The notes beneath the pieces were generated by a model that worked only from the letters and a program-made list of their open reading frames with translations, was not told the DNA's origin and searched no databases. From contig MU053550.1 in assembly GCA_013239625.1 (NCBI GenBank), positions 47,976-111,975 on the forward strand: 64,000 nucleotides of DNA, read 5' to 3'. The position numbers and the translations under genes are program-made. Origin of the DNA: Lama guanicoe (taxonomy: Eukaryota). Shown here piece by piece: positions 26,887 through 40,880 of the stretch; position 1 is the stretch's first letter, and each line of letters begins with the position of its first letter.

Positions 26887-27093
26887 ACTGGTCCACCACA
26901 GCCAGAATTGCTGTTTCTTGAAAGGTGGGCTACCACGCTGCAATGTCCTGGGCTTTTTCTGGCACCATGTGTCTATACTGGGTAGTCAAGTTTCCACATA
27001 CCCACTCTGATTTGCAATATATTGTTCTCCAGAGCCAACAGAGGGGCCACTGGAAAGAGGCCACAGATAAGGTGATGAACCAAAACTGAATAC
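26887..27093 (-). pseudogene. ANO6: ANO6-like exon ~17 ([63 protein letters not shown])
   Basis: aacag|GTATTC ... CCAGT|gtaaaa. Matches [69 protein letters not shown] with -1, +1 and +1 indels and a TAG stop at 26930-26932. Confidence 0.95.
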
Positions 27094-28529
27094 CTGTTGA
27101 AGGAATGGACACACAACATCGAGATGGATGGAAACATCAATTCCTTTACTCCTGTAAAGAGAGAGGGGCAAATGGTGAACTAAATCCCAAAGAGAAAAGA
27201 CATTCATGGTAATAATAATGTTCAACAGTGAAAGAATCCAAACAAAAGGCAAATATAATATCCGTGGGAAGAAGAATAATTACAACCTGTTTCTTTCACA
27301 TGTATACCCTTAGTAGGAATAACATACTGAAAAATCTTTAACCAACCATAGTTATTTGCCAGTAATAAACTTGAGAATCTTGAAGCAAATTATTCACTCT
27401 CAGTGTTGAAATAATACAATCTTGGAAGATGATTTGTAATTGAGGATTAAAAAAAGGGTATTGTGGATGTATCTAACAATTTAAATAGAAATAAAAAATG
27501 TACCTTTGGGAAAGCTCTGCATAGAGAATGTTGGGGAAAATACACTGAAAATAGGCAAGTGAGCAAGCTCCCTTGAGTCTGGGAAGGTGAGTGCAGCCCA
27601 TTCAGAGAGTCTATGAAGTTATTACAAGTCACAGAAAGGTATGCAATTAAAGTGTCTTCCTAAGCAAATATCCTTCTTCAGGAATTTTTATCTTGATATT
27701 TCTATGGTCTGTGTGGTCACAGGAAGTCAAAGTTATGGTGGTGGCTTAGAAGATCTTTTCTCTCTGTCTGTAATTTACAGGGCATTGCTACAGATGGGGC
27801 AGCAGAGATCTGCGGTAAGCTGTTCCATGGGGTGGGGGAGCGGTTAGAAATGATAAAGCCAGAGATCTAAAAGACTTTTAGACCCTCCCCTCCTAACTGA
27901 CAGACCTTTAAAGTAAACTAGCACAGGTATGTAACTAAGACACTGGATGAGAGGCAAATTTATAGTCCCTTTAGTGTTACTGCTCAGTCAAGGGATAGGG
28001 ACCACTCTGGCCAGGAACGGCAAGACCATGTATGTGGAGGATGGGTAGGAGGAGCTGACATTTGCTTCTGACCTGAGAGGCAGGGGTGTGTTGCAGAAAA
28101 GCCGACAGTGCTGGAAAGATGCCTCATGTCCACAGCCCAAAAGGAGCTGTCATATTCAGGGAGGTCAGAGAGCAAAAACCAGAGTTAGTGATGCCAGAGT
28201 GTCAGCAGCGTGGCAGCAGTGATGTCAGTATCTGTGTCCAAAACCCACCTAACCCTACATGAACTCATCTGCCTACAGGTGGCAGGTAAGTAGCAGAAAT
28301 GTGGGGATTGGGTGCAGCCACTGGCAATTTGGCAGGTGGAGATTCTAATGAAACACACTGCTCACACTCACCATATGGGAAAGAGGGCCCCACACTGTCA
28401 GATCTCCTTCTTATTCAAGAGAAGCCAGAAATTAAGACTTTATTAGCAATCAACCCAGTTCAAAACCCGGAAAAGATATCATTTATAATGACAACAAAGG
28501 CACAGACTTTTCAGAAATAAATTAATGAA

Positions 28530-29150
28530 AAATGTTAAGATGTTTCTGATAAATGGCTTAAAAACAAATGATGATTGATTGAACAGTAGAATTCACCATT
28601 CTCTTCAGTGGGCAGACTCAAGTTTGAGGGACATAGAACATTTTTTCTCCAAAATAAATTTAGAATCTGAATGCAAATTTAGTTAATAATCCCAAATGGA
28701 TTTAAGAAAAAAATCTGAAAGGTGATCCTAAAGTTCTTCCAGAAATATACACAAATATACAAATAAAATAATGAGGAGGGATGTTTGAATTTGTAGTATT
28801 AGGGACATTCTGGAAAAGGATAAATTAAGACCAACTGTAGGAAGTATTAATCTATGGTCGTGGAAACAGTATAGAAATAATGCACTGAGAGTATGAATGA
28901 AATAGAATACATTTCAAGAACAGACATGGATATTTTTGAGATTTTAGTAACATTATAAAACTGACACTTCAAATCAGTGGATTCAAGTACTTGAGTAATT
29001 AGCTAAATCATTGGAAGACCTGGCACAGTGTCCTCACTTTTGACATTAAAATAAATTCCAGATAAGGTTTTAATTAAAAAATAAAACACCAGAAATAACC
29101 CAACATGATTCAATCTGTTCAGGTATTCAAGCGAGAAGAACTTTCTAAAA
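28530..29150 (+). mobile_element. Old degenerate L1 ORF2 fragment
   Basis: aatcccaaatggattt, aggtgatcctaaagttc, aaatcagtgg, aaaataaattccagat. Confidence 0.6.
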
Positions 29151-29259
29151 AGCTTTTGGAACAAAGACCAACAAGAGCAAAGGCCTAGCAACTCAGCAAG
29201 GCTGGCAACGCCCCCTGTAAAACAAAACTAACCCTCGCCCAACCCTCTCTCACGGCCCT

Positions 29260-30810
29260 GTGTTGCTCTCTGATACGTTCTACACTTTCTTCTTCCCTTT
29301 AAAGTCCAGTTTCTTGGAGAAGTATCTGCGCTGATGACTCCTCCAGGGCTCAGAGCCCTGCAGCCCCCACGGCCCTCATCACGGCGACAGGAGTTGCACT
29401 GCCGGTGGCTGCGTGTTTCAAACCAGTGGGCATTCTCAGCTCCTGTTTATTTGATTACCAGGTAGCTTTTGCCGTGGACAAATATTTTCCTCTCAGTGGG
29501 ATGTTTTCCCCCCTTAAGTTTTGTTTTACTTAAATAAATTTAAAAAGCCCAGGCAGAAAATTGTGTTTGCACATATGCACACACACACAGATACACACAG
29601 ATCTGTTTTTCAAAGGCTACCTAAGTATAGTCCTCCTCCGCCTTTCCCCCAGGCTTGACAATTAAAGGTGTGCTTTAGCCCTGGGTTTTTTTGCCCCACA
29701 CACCCACCTTTCTCACTATGCTCCTTTTAGTCAGTGTTTAAATCCCTCTTAAGACAGTTTACAGCCTTCTCTGTGTTGCCTCAACTAGTTTCTCCCAACT
29801 GCTCTGCTATTCTTCTTTCTCTTGGTGGACCTCTTTTCTCCCATTTGCCATGTACATGGCCCTTTTCCCCAGGGCCTCGTCTTCAATCCTCCGCTTGGCA
29901 GGACTGAATCGCCCCCACGACCTCACCCACAGCTCCTCTGAGCTCCTGACTGGTGCATCCAGCTTAACAACGGACATCACCACTCAGATGTCCCATTGAC
30001 ACTTTGCAATTAAAATGCCACAAACAGAACCTTCTCCTCGAAACCAGCCCCTCCCCTTACACTCCCCCTGCAGATCCGTTCTCCGGATGGGTCACTGGAA
30101 CGTCACCTCAGCAGCTCTGTGGCCCGCCGCCCCTGCCCTACAGTCACCTCTGCAGCAGCCACCACTTCTGCCGCCCATGTCTCTATCCCTCTGCCCAGGG
30201 CCTCTCTGCAGGTGTGTGCCACTTGTTCTCTGGGTTACCTGGCGTGGTCCCCAAAATATCCTTTCCCCCCAAAATATGGGCCTCCCCTCAAAAATAGTAT
30301 CTTCCATTCTGCTGCCAGTATAACCAGATATACTTCAAAATAATCATTATGCAATTCTCTTGCTTACATATATTCCAATATACCCCTGTTTCTTTAAGGA
30401 TACATTCAAGTCTAAGCACACAAGACCTATCGTGACAGAGGCCTTGTGCACCAGATACTCCCACCTTGGATACTTTGTTCTAACCCTACTTGTTGTTCTT
30501 CAGTCTGGCCAAGCCGCTTCATGCCATGTACTCTTATATGTCTCTGCCTCTTTGCATGAAGTGTCCACTCCCTCTACCACACATTAGACAACTAACTTCC
30601 TTTCACCTTTCAAAATTCAGTGCAAATACTTCCAGCTCTAAGAAGTCCAATTTGTGTTCACCTGCTTAGCAATCCATCAACTACTCGCCAAGTCTCGCCT
30701 GGCCTGGGGAGTGCAGACACCAAGTCTTATCTGTCTTGGTCTCCCTAGCAGTTGATACAGTGTTTGGCACAGCAGGTGGTCAGTGTTTGTTGGATAGATA
30801 AACGAATGAA
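29260..30810 (+). mobile_element. L2 fragments
   Basis: ctgagctcctgactggtgcatccagc...gacatcaccactcagatgtccc; ends cacagcaggtggtcagtgtttgttggatagataaacgaatgaa like an L2 3' end. Confidence 0.65.
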
Positions 30811-33726
30811 TCGGTAAAGGGATGAGAGGTCTACAATCCCCCCCAGTTACTCAGCTGCCATTTTGGGAAGTTCATTCTGCAGAGTTAAGGAAATGTGTGT
30901 GCAGGTGGTGGGCAGACAGAACAGATTGAGGGTGTGGGGGAGACACTCCTGGCCCTGGAGAGCGCAAGAGAGGCGAGGGTGGGATAGCACTGGAGAAAGA
31001 GGGAATGGAGGGGGCGGGAGCAAGGAGATGTTGAAGAACAACTGATATTAACTGCAGTAAATTAAATGGAGAACATAATATATGAAGGGAAGATCAAGTT
31101 AACACAGCAAGGGTGGAAAAGGCAGTACCAGAGACAAAGAGCTCTCACTTCATCACTCACTGCATTTTACTTATGGCATGCGCCCTCTCAGAAGGCAGCG
31201 CCACATTCTTGAGAGACTGGTGTTTGTGCTGTGGGTGCTTGAAGTACAAAACTGTATCTTATGGCTTCCAGATTTTAAGACTGATAGATTATTTCTCTTA
31301 TGTCCCATGTCTGAGTTCTCAGGCAGCAGGATAATTCGCTGGTAGGGGGAGAGCTATTGTGGTTAACAACTCAGGGTTACTCTAATAATCTCAAAGGACA
31401 GTGGGGAATTCACTAAAACAAATAAAAGAGAAATTTCACTCAGAAAAAAAATATGCCATATAGAACCTTGTGGGGGCCTTGGGGGCAATGTTACCGCTAA
31501 CTCATCTAACAGTTGTATGTGAGTGTGTTGAAACTCCAAGCTCAAGTCACTTAAACACGTATGAGGACCAGGGTCCAGGCTGTGGTGCTCCAGACATGGA
31601 AGGGAAGATGAAAAGCCTGACTACTGCCACCGAAAGGATCAGTCCAGCCGGGGAGCACAATGGACACGGACACGATCACGCACCATCTAGACAAGAATCA
31701 AGTGCAATTCATGCCTAGATAGGAGAGCAGAAAATCTCTAAAAAGTGGAGGGGTCTCTGCCAAGGCTTGGCAAGAGTCCTTCCAGGCAGAAAAGCAGAGA
31801 AAGGTACTTCAGGCAAAGGAGACTAGTGTTGGTGGCCAGGTGCGACACCTAACGAAGCACGGGTGGAGGGCTCCAGGGTCATCTGTCAGTAGCTGTTCCC
31901 CTTCAGCAGCTAAGAGGCATAACTAAAAGGCAGGTGGGGTGTCATTAGTGATCATGGGGAAAACTGGGAGGAGGAAACTGAGGTCAGGAGATCACCACCA
32001 AAGAAAAAATAATTAGCACTTGGAAATTCTATCTCCCATGAACGAAAAGAACACAAAATAAGTTTCACTCCAGCGTTGAATACAGAATAACAGACTGCCT
32101 ACTCTCACAAATGGATTGAATTTTCTAATTCGTTAGGGATTATTTATATAATAGGAAAACTAATAAATCTGAACAATCTCTCTACAATAGCTGTTACTCC
32201 ATCCTGTTATGTAGGGTAGAGTTAGGCTGAGTTATTTAATTGGTATTTTAATGAGACTATAAAGTTCTAAAATTCCTAACAATTTCTCCCAAAAGTGTAC
32301 AACTTTTCCTTTCAATGACCTTTATTTGACTTAATTAAAACAATAACTTTTTTCCAAGGCTTTTTTCGTGTGTGTTAAAATACCAAATGATATACTGCCC
32401 TCAGAATGTTGTTGTTATTATTAATGCTGATAATAGCCCCAGTAAGACATATTTACATTTATGCCTCATTTTGGAATATCAGGTCATTGGCTTAAAGTCC
32501 TTTTGAAAATAAGCAGAATAAACGAACATAATTTCTACACCAGGGACAGCAGCTGCACCCTTAATGGAACCTGGTCACTAAACACAACAAAAGCAAAGAT
32601 GAAACTCACATCAGACACCAGGGCACAAAGCATAGCTGACTGAAGATGCCACAAGATGAGCTTTCACTTACCGAGGGAACCAGATGCGTTTCCATGTATA
32701 ATGTATATTTTTAAAAGCAATTATTTAAAATATAGAATGCAATTTAGGAAAAAGAAAACTCCCTCTATCTGTAGACTTATAAACAGGAAGCACAAAGTTG
32801 TGCCTTTGCAGACATGAACCCGCATGCATAAATGCAAAGCCTATTGATCAAAATCCTTTCCTGTCTCCCAAGCTTAAAAAAAATAAAACTAATTCAAGGC
32901 AGTGGTGAGCTGAAAGGGCTCAGATACAAAACGTGCACGTCATCAGCCTTCTAGTAGATAAAAGTGCACAATGCATAATAGAAAAGATGACGTTTCCTAT
33001 GGAAATCTATTTTGAGATGGAACAATTTAAAGGCAACTGAAAGCTCAAAACCAAGTTCAACCAAAGAGAAACAGAGCCCAAGCAAATGTACAGAAATGGA
33101 CAAAGACATTGGAGAAGGAGGGAATCTGTGTTTTACCGATACTCCTGATCAGCAAATTCATCCTGAATTCAAGCCAGTGATGTGCCATGAGGTCACTCAA
33201 GGAACCAGGCAGAAACCATCTGCCAGAAGAAATAGGAACAATGTGAAAGGCCGGTGTGAGATGTGGAAGGGGTGACCCTGTGAACCTTGCTGCCATGAGG
33301 CAGGATGCTCTTGCGGGCTTTCTGCACAGGCTGGCTGGCTCACATGACTCTGGTTAGAAGGATATCAGTCAACAGCTGTGCCACACGGGCTACAGCCCGA
33401 GCTGAGTCACATCTAGTAACGGTTCTGAGTTCATCCTTAAACGACATGACCAGAAGGATCTGAGAATCAGTGGTGGAGACGTACCTGAATGAGTATACCA
33501 TTTCATTCCTTGGCAGTAAATCTTCAGCTTTGTACAACATAAATATTGACAAAGATACACACAGGCACCCTATTTGAAAGCCTGACTGCATGATTGCATC
33601 TAATGGAGAAAAGCGGGCTCGGTTTCGGTATGCTAGGTCATTCTTTGGCTTGGTAACCGATGCTTCTGAGACCCAAAGCATATTCTAGTATAACCGACAA
33701 CACAGAAATCTCCACTGATGACTTAC

Positions 33727-33850
33727 TCATTTCAAGGTATTCATAAAATAACCCCAGTTTGCCCATGAGATACAGATGGTTGTCCCGTTCCCATCGTGAG
33801 GTGGTCTGTTCTGCTCCCGAAACGGTGGCACCATTAGATTCATGATCCAG
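33727..33850 (-). pseudogene. ANO6: ANO6-like exon ~16 (WIMNL...TVSGAEQTTSRWERDNHLYLMGKLGLFYEYLEM)
   Basis: ggcag|CTGGATC ... GAAATGA|gtaagt, 124 nt. The frame changes after WIMNL (about 7 nt missing). MGKLGLFYEYLEM is retained. Confidence 0.95.
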
Positions 33851-34189
33851 CTGCCAAACAGATCAAATTATAAATCAGGATATTATTAGACCAAGGTCAT
33901 AAAAGTATTACAGACATTTCAAGCTGAACACATCATCTTCCCAAGAATTTAATTTCTTGTTTTCAGGATAAATTTCTTTTTATTGCTGCCTCCCTACCCT
34001 CATATATTGTGAAAACTAGATCTGACTACGTACCTTGTGTTTACCAAAATTGTAATGACTACTACTACTTTATCTCCTACCTCCTTTTCAGGTGGGCATT
34101 TTAGCTTTTAGAAGATGCCTTCTCTCATTTGTCTTTTTTACCCACATTTCTCTGCTATTATCCACCATGGTCTTTCCAGTCTGAAAATC

Positions 34190-34580
34190 GTCAGAGAAAA
34201 TAAGTAAAAGAAAGAAATACAGGGTCTGTGAGCAGGTGATAAGTGCTGTGGAGGAAAATAAAGGAGGACGAGGAATGTGTCGTAGGGAGGATTGGGGCTG
34301 AGGCAGTGTCCTTTGAATTAGGCAAAGATGGAGGCAAACGTGTTGGCAGAGGAGGGGCAGAGGGAACAGTGATCACAGGCCTGGAAGTCCCTCACGCTGG
34401 ACAGACAGCATGGAGACTGGTGTGGGCCACAATGAATAGGAATTAAGTGGTGGTTTTGGAGGTGGAGCCTTAGAGGCTGCCATGAGGATGTGGACATTTT
34501 TCCTTCTGAAGGAATTGCGGAGCTATGGAGGGTCACCGAGCAAAAAAGTGATACTCTAACATTGAATAGGTCCAAGACCC
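34190..34580 (-). mobile_element. L2 fragment
   Basis: gataagtgctgtggaggaaaataaag...ggcagaggaggggcagagggaacag...gaggatgtggacatttttccttctga. Confidence 0.65.
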
Positions 34581-35732
34581 TAATTTAAGCTGAACAAATC
34601 AAGGGCCAAAGAGGTGACATGCCATCTCAAATTCAGCACAGAGCTTGAAAGAAACACAGCCTCGACTCGCAGCCCAGTGCTCTGCCCCCTTCTGGATGCT
34701 GTCCCACAGAGATGTCTCTATGGATATGTTTTTTCCTCACTCAGAGGCTTGTGGGCCAACTGAATGCTTCTCCCTTTTTCAAATGGCAATTTCTCCTGAA
34801 AGGATTTCAGAGTTGGTAGTGAAACAAGGCATGGACATGTAGCCTACAGAGCTGTTGTCCCTGAAAGCAACAGCTGGCGCTTGGTTTACTCGTGGAGATC
34901 AGCAGAAGAGACAGAGCAACAACAGACAGTGTAGCTTCTGGCTGAGCTTCGGCTGACTGCACTGCACGTTTGGATGGATTTCAAATTTGGACAGTGAGGC
35001 GGCTTCACACGAAAGGCAGGTGTATACATCATATATGCTCACACGTCTCTATGTACACACACGTGGACACACACAGAGTATATGATGTGACTTGTAAAGA
35101 GATGTCCATGCTAGGTTTCCCACTGCCTCTGATCTCAGCGTTAACTTTTACTTGCCATGCTTCCAGGTTTGCTACGAGATATCTTTGCAATGGAACATGC
35201 CCTTGGCTTCACAAACTTTCCCCACCTCTTTCAATAACATTAGGGGAAGAGCAGGGAGCTCTGGCAAGTGGTGGGGATATGGACACGAGATACCCCTGAA
35301 TCTGAATCCACACTTCATGGCTTATTTGTTATTTAACTTTATTTACATTCCAAATGCAATTGTTGCAGATCTCAGAAGATGATTTACACTCACTGCTATG
35401 GCAGAATGTTGCGGTTAGTAGACCCACCACTGGATCCTTTTAATCAACACGTTCTTCCAATAATTCAGATATTAATGTATCACAAATGCCCATTTCTATA
35501 TTTTGATATCTGCTTTTCAGTATAATTATCTTCCTTCTTTATTCTCTAAATCTTATGATTTTAAAACATTTTTCTGAGAAGTGGTCCACAGGCCCTTTAC
35601 TTATGATAAGTTGATAAAGAGATCCTGGAGATCTAAACCACATTTAAATCCTGAGAAAAACTCAACTGTGTCATATACATGGCTAGGTTTAGTTTGCTTA
35701 TTTTGTTACTTTGTTTTGTAATTTTTGTTTCA

Positions 35733-35838
35733 AACAACAAGGTCCTACTGTATAGCACAGGGAACTACATTCAATAACTTTTAATAGCCTATAGTGGAAA
35801 AGTATATGACAAGGAATATATATATATGTATATATATA

Positions 35839-35912
<74 letters not shown>

Positions 35913-35985
35913 TCACTATGCTGTACACCAAGAATTAACACAGTATTGTAAAGGAACTATACTTTCAACAAATAGTTGAAATAAA
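35733..35985 (+). mobile_element. Cetartiodactyl-type L1 3' end containing a (TA)n/(TG)n microsatellite (~35815-35909)
   Basis: aacaacaaggtcctactgtatagcacagggaactacattcaata ... aatcactatgctgtacacca...aactatactt. Confidence 0.9.
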
Positions 35986-38039
35986 ATTGGGAGATGAATC
36001 TTCCACCGCCCAGGCTGCTGTCAGGATGAAACGATTCAAAGCAGGCCAGGTATTAGCAACCCCCCTGACACAGCAAAACCCCATGTGGGATCCTCCTTTT
36101 GAGCAGCACAGGCTAACTGGCTGTGGTCACCTGTAAATAGGGTTGAAGTCACTTAGACCCTTGGCTTGGGAACACTGTGGCCACAGGGATGGGAGACAAT
36201 GCAGCACCTACGAGAATGACGGGACATCCTGCTGCTGAAGCCGCTCCCCAGGCCACAGCCTGGAGCGCTGCAGGCAGGTCTGAGGTCTGGCCGGGGGCGC
36301 GCAGCTCCACAGCCACTCAGAGCCCTGCAGTGCGGGTGGCGCTGGGACCGCACTCAGCCATCACCCTTCCTGGCACCCAGACTCGGGAAACTCTTCGAGG
36401 AATTTTTCTCTGCCTCATACTTCCTGTCTCAGCCTCTAGTCCATGCCCAAGCAGGGCTTTTATCCCCCTGGAACCAAATCCATCACAGTATGGATCCAGG
36501 GTGAAACTTCCATGTTAAGTCACCTGGCGCTCCCTTCTTGTGCTGAACTGCCCTCCCCTCCCCCGTCNNNNNNNNNNNNNNNNNNNNNNNNNNNNNNNNN
36601 NNNNNNNNNNNNNNNNNNNNNNNNNNNNNNNNNNNNNNNNNNNNNNNNNNNNNNNNNNNNNNNNNNNNNNNNNNNNNNNNNNNNNNNNNNNNNNNNNNNN
36701 NNNNNNNNNNNNNNNNNNNNNNNNNNNNNNNNNNNNNNNNNNNNNNNNNNNNNNNNNNNNNNNNNNNNNNNNNNNNNNNNNNNNNNNNNNNNNNNNNCCA
36801 AATCCATCACGGTATGGATCCAGGGTGAAACTTCCATGTTAAGTCACCTGGCGCTCCCTTCTTGTGCTGAACTGCCCTCCCCCGTCGATGGCATTAGGTC
36901 ATAATAGAAGTCCCGACTTGCTTGTCCTTAGCTAAGACTCTGAGCCTCTTGCTCAGTCTTCCTGAGTGGAACCACTCATCTGTGGCAGAAAAGCTTGGGC
37001 TGTCGTCTACCCATCATTGTCCTCGGTCTTTTGGGTTTTCTGTTGGGTTATGGTCCTCATGCAGAGATATCAATTTGCACATGAGAAGAACCTGTAGGCA
37101 TTTTAAGAAATACAGACACTGGATCCGCCCCCATCTCCAGCCAAGGCTGGAAGCTTTCTCCCTCTAGCAGGGGTTGCACAATCATTTGCTTGGGAATTGA
37201 TCACACATATTGGCATAATCATAGTAAATTGCCCTTTACTCAATGCTTGCCACGTGGCATTTTCTACTTCATGTTGTCTTTGTACCTTCATTATCACATC
37301 TAATCCCTGCATTATAGATTATCACCATGTCTGTTGAGGACACTCCCACTTGCTAATCTTGAATACAATTATCTTTGATTCTCTTAATCTATTTCATCCC
37401 TGAGTTTCCTGTTTCTGAATTTAAAGAGTGAATTATGGACACATGTATTTAAGATTCTCTTATTATACGTATCTAACTCATCCTCTAACCAAATCATATC
37501 TAGAGAAGAGAGATTTTCTCTTTTAAACATTTGCTTTTTATTATTATATAGTAGTGCATACACACGGTGGAAAATGTAGAAAATATATAAAGTAAGAAAA
37601 TTACAGCCATACATTATCTAAACACAAAAGGACAATGCTATGTCATTTTGGGCATTTAACTATTTTTCTTAATATTTTATCATAAAATTTTCCTAGGGCA
37701 AGTTGCTTAACCCTGGAATTGTACTAGCCTTTTGTCAAGTACAGAATAACATTCCCAGAAATGACCCCAATGTCAAAATAGTATGTGAGGCTGGGAAGGC
37801 CACAGGGCTCTCAGCTCATTCTCCGAGTCCTACAAAGAATGCTGTTAATTCACTGATGTCACGCATTCGATGCCTGTGAGTCGCTTACTCACTCAGCTGG
37901 CTCGGACTGAGACCTACTTTATACCAGGTGCCGATCCTCATGCTGGGGAGACCCCACAGGGAGCCTGGATCACGGCATCACTGTCCTTCATTTGCTCCCG
38001 GAATCCTACTCAAGAAGACACAGAGTCAGAGACACACAA

Positions 38040-38299
38040 CCGCACTAATCTTGAGAGAGAGAAAAGAGGTCACAGGCCAAGAGATGCAGGTGACCTCTGG
38101 AAGCCAGAAAAGTCAAAGATACAGGTTCCCCTGAGGCTTTCAGAAACAGCCCTGCCAATAATTTGACTTCAGCAGGCTTCTGCATTCAAGAACCCCACGA
38201 GGTTAAATTTCTGTTGTTTAGTGGAGACTTTTTCTTTTTAGTTCCTACTACTATGACATTTGGGGTTACTTGTTACAACACCAACAGAAAACAAATACA
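38040..38299 (+). mobile_element. MLT1 MaLR LTR 3' part
   Basis: ccaagagatgcaggtgacctctggaagccagaaaag...cagccctgcc...aaatttctgttgttt...cttgttacaacaccaacagaaaacaaataca. Confidence 0.8.
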
Positions 38300-38549
38300 G
38301 TAAGCTCCTTGAAATGTTCAGAAATTGCAGATAACACTGGACTGTCCACTTTGATGTGGGATTGGGCTTATGTGAAAATCAAAAGGACAGTGTGACCTTT
38401 GCTAACATATGCTTTTCTCATTTTTAGGAAGAGAACAGTAAGTCAAAACCTCTGTAGTTATTATTTTAGACAAGTGTCTCTTAAAACATTATGTAACCCT
38501 GCAACTTAGGACCCCCAGAGAGTCTCTGTTCTTAGAAAAACATGGATTC

Positions 38550-38780
38550 AGAGAGATAGGGTCTTACATCTGAGTCCCACAGTGGTCTCTTATTGGCAAT
38601 GAGAGCTTGGGCAAATCATTTACCCTCTTTAAGCCACAGGATCTTCATTTGCAAAAGGAAGATAAGAATAAGGATTGTTTGGGTGATTAAATTGCACACG
38701 CACATGCACACGCACACACACATATATGTACAACATATAATACAGTGACTAGCACATACTAGGCACTCAACAAATTCCTG
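38550..38780 (+). mobile_element. MIR SINE
   Basis: cttgggcaaatcatttaccctctttaagcc...catttgcaaaa...tagcacatactaggcactcaacaaat. Confidence 0.75.
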
Positions 38781-39134
38781 TTATGGATTTTTAAATGCAT
38801 GTATAAAAGGAGGAGAAAGTTGTGGGAACTTGTGGGAAAACTTAGTTCACGGCCCCATAAAGGGCCATCTCTCAAAGGGCTCTGAGCAGTCAGTCCCCAG
38901 TGGTGGGCTAATAAGCAGAAACTATAGCACTTGGGGATTTAAGTTAAACATAAAAAGGAAAGTATTTAAGCATAATTATTAAACAGCAGGTACGTTTACA
39001 CTGTTGGCTGGATCATCTTATCTGGAGAACATTACTAAGCAGAGAGTCTCCCCAGTTTTAGAGATGGGCATGCAGGAAAATGACGTGGATGGAAGGGCCG
39101 TTCTCACCCCAGGATCACATGACTGAGTACTCAC

Positions 39135-39232
39135 GGAAGTAACACCTCTTGTATGTTATTCCAGGTGGACTGTCCTCCCATGACTATTGTCAGCTGTGTC
39201 ATCAGTTCAAGGAGACAGCCACCTGGGTCACA
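39135..39232 (-). pseudogene. ANO6: ANO6-like exon ~15 ([33 protein letters not shown])
   Basis: cacag|TGTGAC ... CTTCC|gtgagt, 98 nt, open frame. Matches [33 protein letters not shown]. Confidence 0.95.
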
Positions 39233-39408
39233 CTGTGGTATTAGAAAGAAAATCTCATTTAAATTTTAGAAAGCTCTAACATGAAATAAAGTCCTTATTT
39301 TATGCGTAAAAAAATCTAAGGAACAGAGAGTAAAGACACTCTTCATTGGGCAACTGAGGGAAAACATGAAACACGTTAGACTGTCAGAACACAAAGCTGT
39401 ATTCACAC

Positions 39409-39577
39409 CTCTTCATTTCTGTATTTTCACAGCCAATACACCAGATATTCCTGATAAGTCACCAATCTGCCCTTAAAGAATGTGATGTAGAAACACGAGG
39501 AGTAGTAGTTGACAAACTGGAACAAGAACACCTTCATGGCTAGGTTGTTCCCATAGTCAGTCTGGTTCTTGGGAGCT
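39409..39577 (-). pseudogene. ANO6: ANO6-like exon ~14 ([54 protein letters not shown])
   Basis: tgcag|AGCTCC ... GAAGAG|gtgtga. Contains the anoctamin motif [15 protein letters not shown]. 1-nt deletion near the start and an in-frame TGA before KYRNEE. Confidence 0.95.
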
Positions 39578-40653
39578 CTGCAGCTAGAATAAAGGAAAGT
39601 TAAGTCTGCAAAACTGTGAACGGCTTTGAGACCCTAATCAAAGCCACAGACACATGAGTTAACACGGTAAATATGTGTGTGTGTGTATATATATATATAC
39701 ACACACACACACANNNNNNNNNNNNNNNNNNNNNNNNNNNNNNNNNNNNNNNNNNNNNNNNNNNNNNNNNNNNNNNNNNNNNNNNNNNNNNNNNNNNNNN
39801 NNNNNNNNNNNNNNNNNNNNNNNNNNNAAAAAAAAAAAGGTCAGCCATTCCTTAAAATTTATAAGCACAACAGTATCCAATGGGCAAGAACTGTCCTCTG
39901 TCAGGTGTAAGTTGAAAGAAAGCTACTTTAAACATCCTTCTAAATGATATTATCTTGTCTCCCGGAACGGCAGTAAGGTAGGACTATTGAAGAAAACAAA
40001 CAAAACACGGGGCAACTTGCTAGAAGTATTTGGGGAACATAAAACGAGTCTAACTCCTAGTTCAGAATTTGAATTGGTCTTGGTGTTTTCAGAAGATGAC
40101 CACTGAGCAGACCACTGGGAGAACCACCCAGCCACATGCAGCGTGTGGGAAGCACTTAACTTGGGCCTCTAAGCCGCTGGCTGGGATACAAGCCAGAGAG
40201 AAGAAACATTTATTATAGAAGCCACAGCTGATGAGAATGGAGCTACACTAACAGGAACAGCATGGGGGGAAGAAACATAACACTGTGATTACTTGTACTC
40301 TCCATAATGAACAAGCAAATCTTCCTCTGGAACTAGAACCCTCTTCCACTTATTTGCAATACAGAGACTATTTACTTTCAACAATAGGGTACATGACCTA
40401 ATGTAATAGAAATTATTATTAAGCACTGAGCTGTTTACACAGAGCTTGGATATTCTAATGCTTCCTTTGTACCTTTTACTAATGCAAAGCTGGAGCTAAT
40501 CCACTTCTCACATAGGCTAGAGAAAATATGTTTCCACTTGAAGTTTTCTAAAGACTGCAATGTACTGAAATTGAAGTGCCTAAAATATAGTCTCTGTTTT
40601 GACTTGGTTCTAAAACTGGTGTAGAAATGACCTCAGCTGCAGGAGGAGCTTAC

Positions 40654-40880
40654 CAGACTCAATCATCATGATTGCCACTTTCTCATATATGGCGCTCAGG
40701 GTCACGATGATGATAAAACTGATGAGGGAAGCAGTGATGGGCATGGCCAACCTGCACAGTCAGGTACTTCTGGATTGGGTCTCTTCCATTCAGGTTCTTG
40801 GAAAGTTATGCAGATAATACAATGAACACTGAAATTCCATAGACAGTGATCCCAATAACTGAAGCAATTGTCATCAGGAC
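40654..40880 (-). pseudogene. ANO6: ANO6-like exon ~13, second near-identical copy (probable assembly duplicate)
   Basis: Same as 42768-42994 except C40693 vs T42807. Same TAA stop (40806-40808). Lies in a gap-bounded block repeated at offset 2114. Confidence 0.85.

Noticed and set aside
33340..33681. 113-aa minus-strand ORF just past exon ~16
   Set aside because: No similarity to ANO6 or any family I recognise. It lies in the intron and its length is within chance expectation.
35698..35979. IYIYIY-rich ORFs
   Set aside because: Translation of a (TA)n microsatellite inside an L1 3' end.
36474..36887. ~90-bp direct repeat (36474-36567 vs 36798-36887)
   Set aside because: The copies sit on either side of an N-gap, the usual signature of overlapping contig ends.
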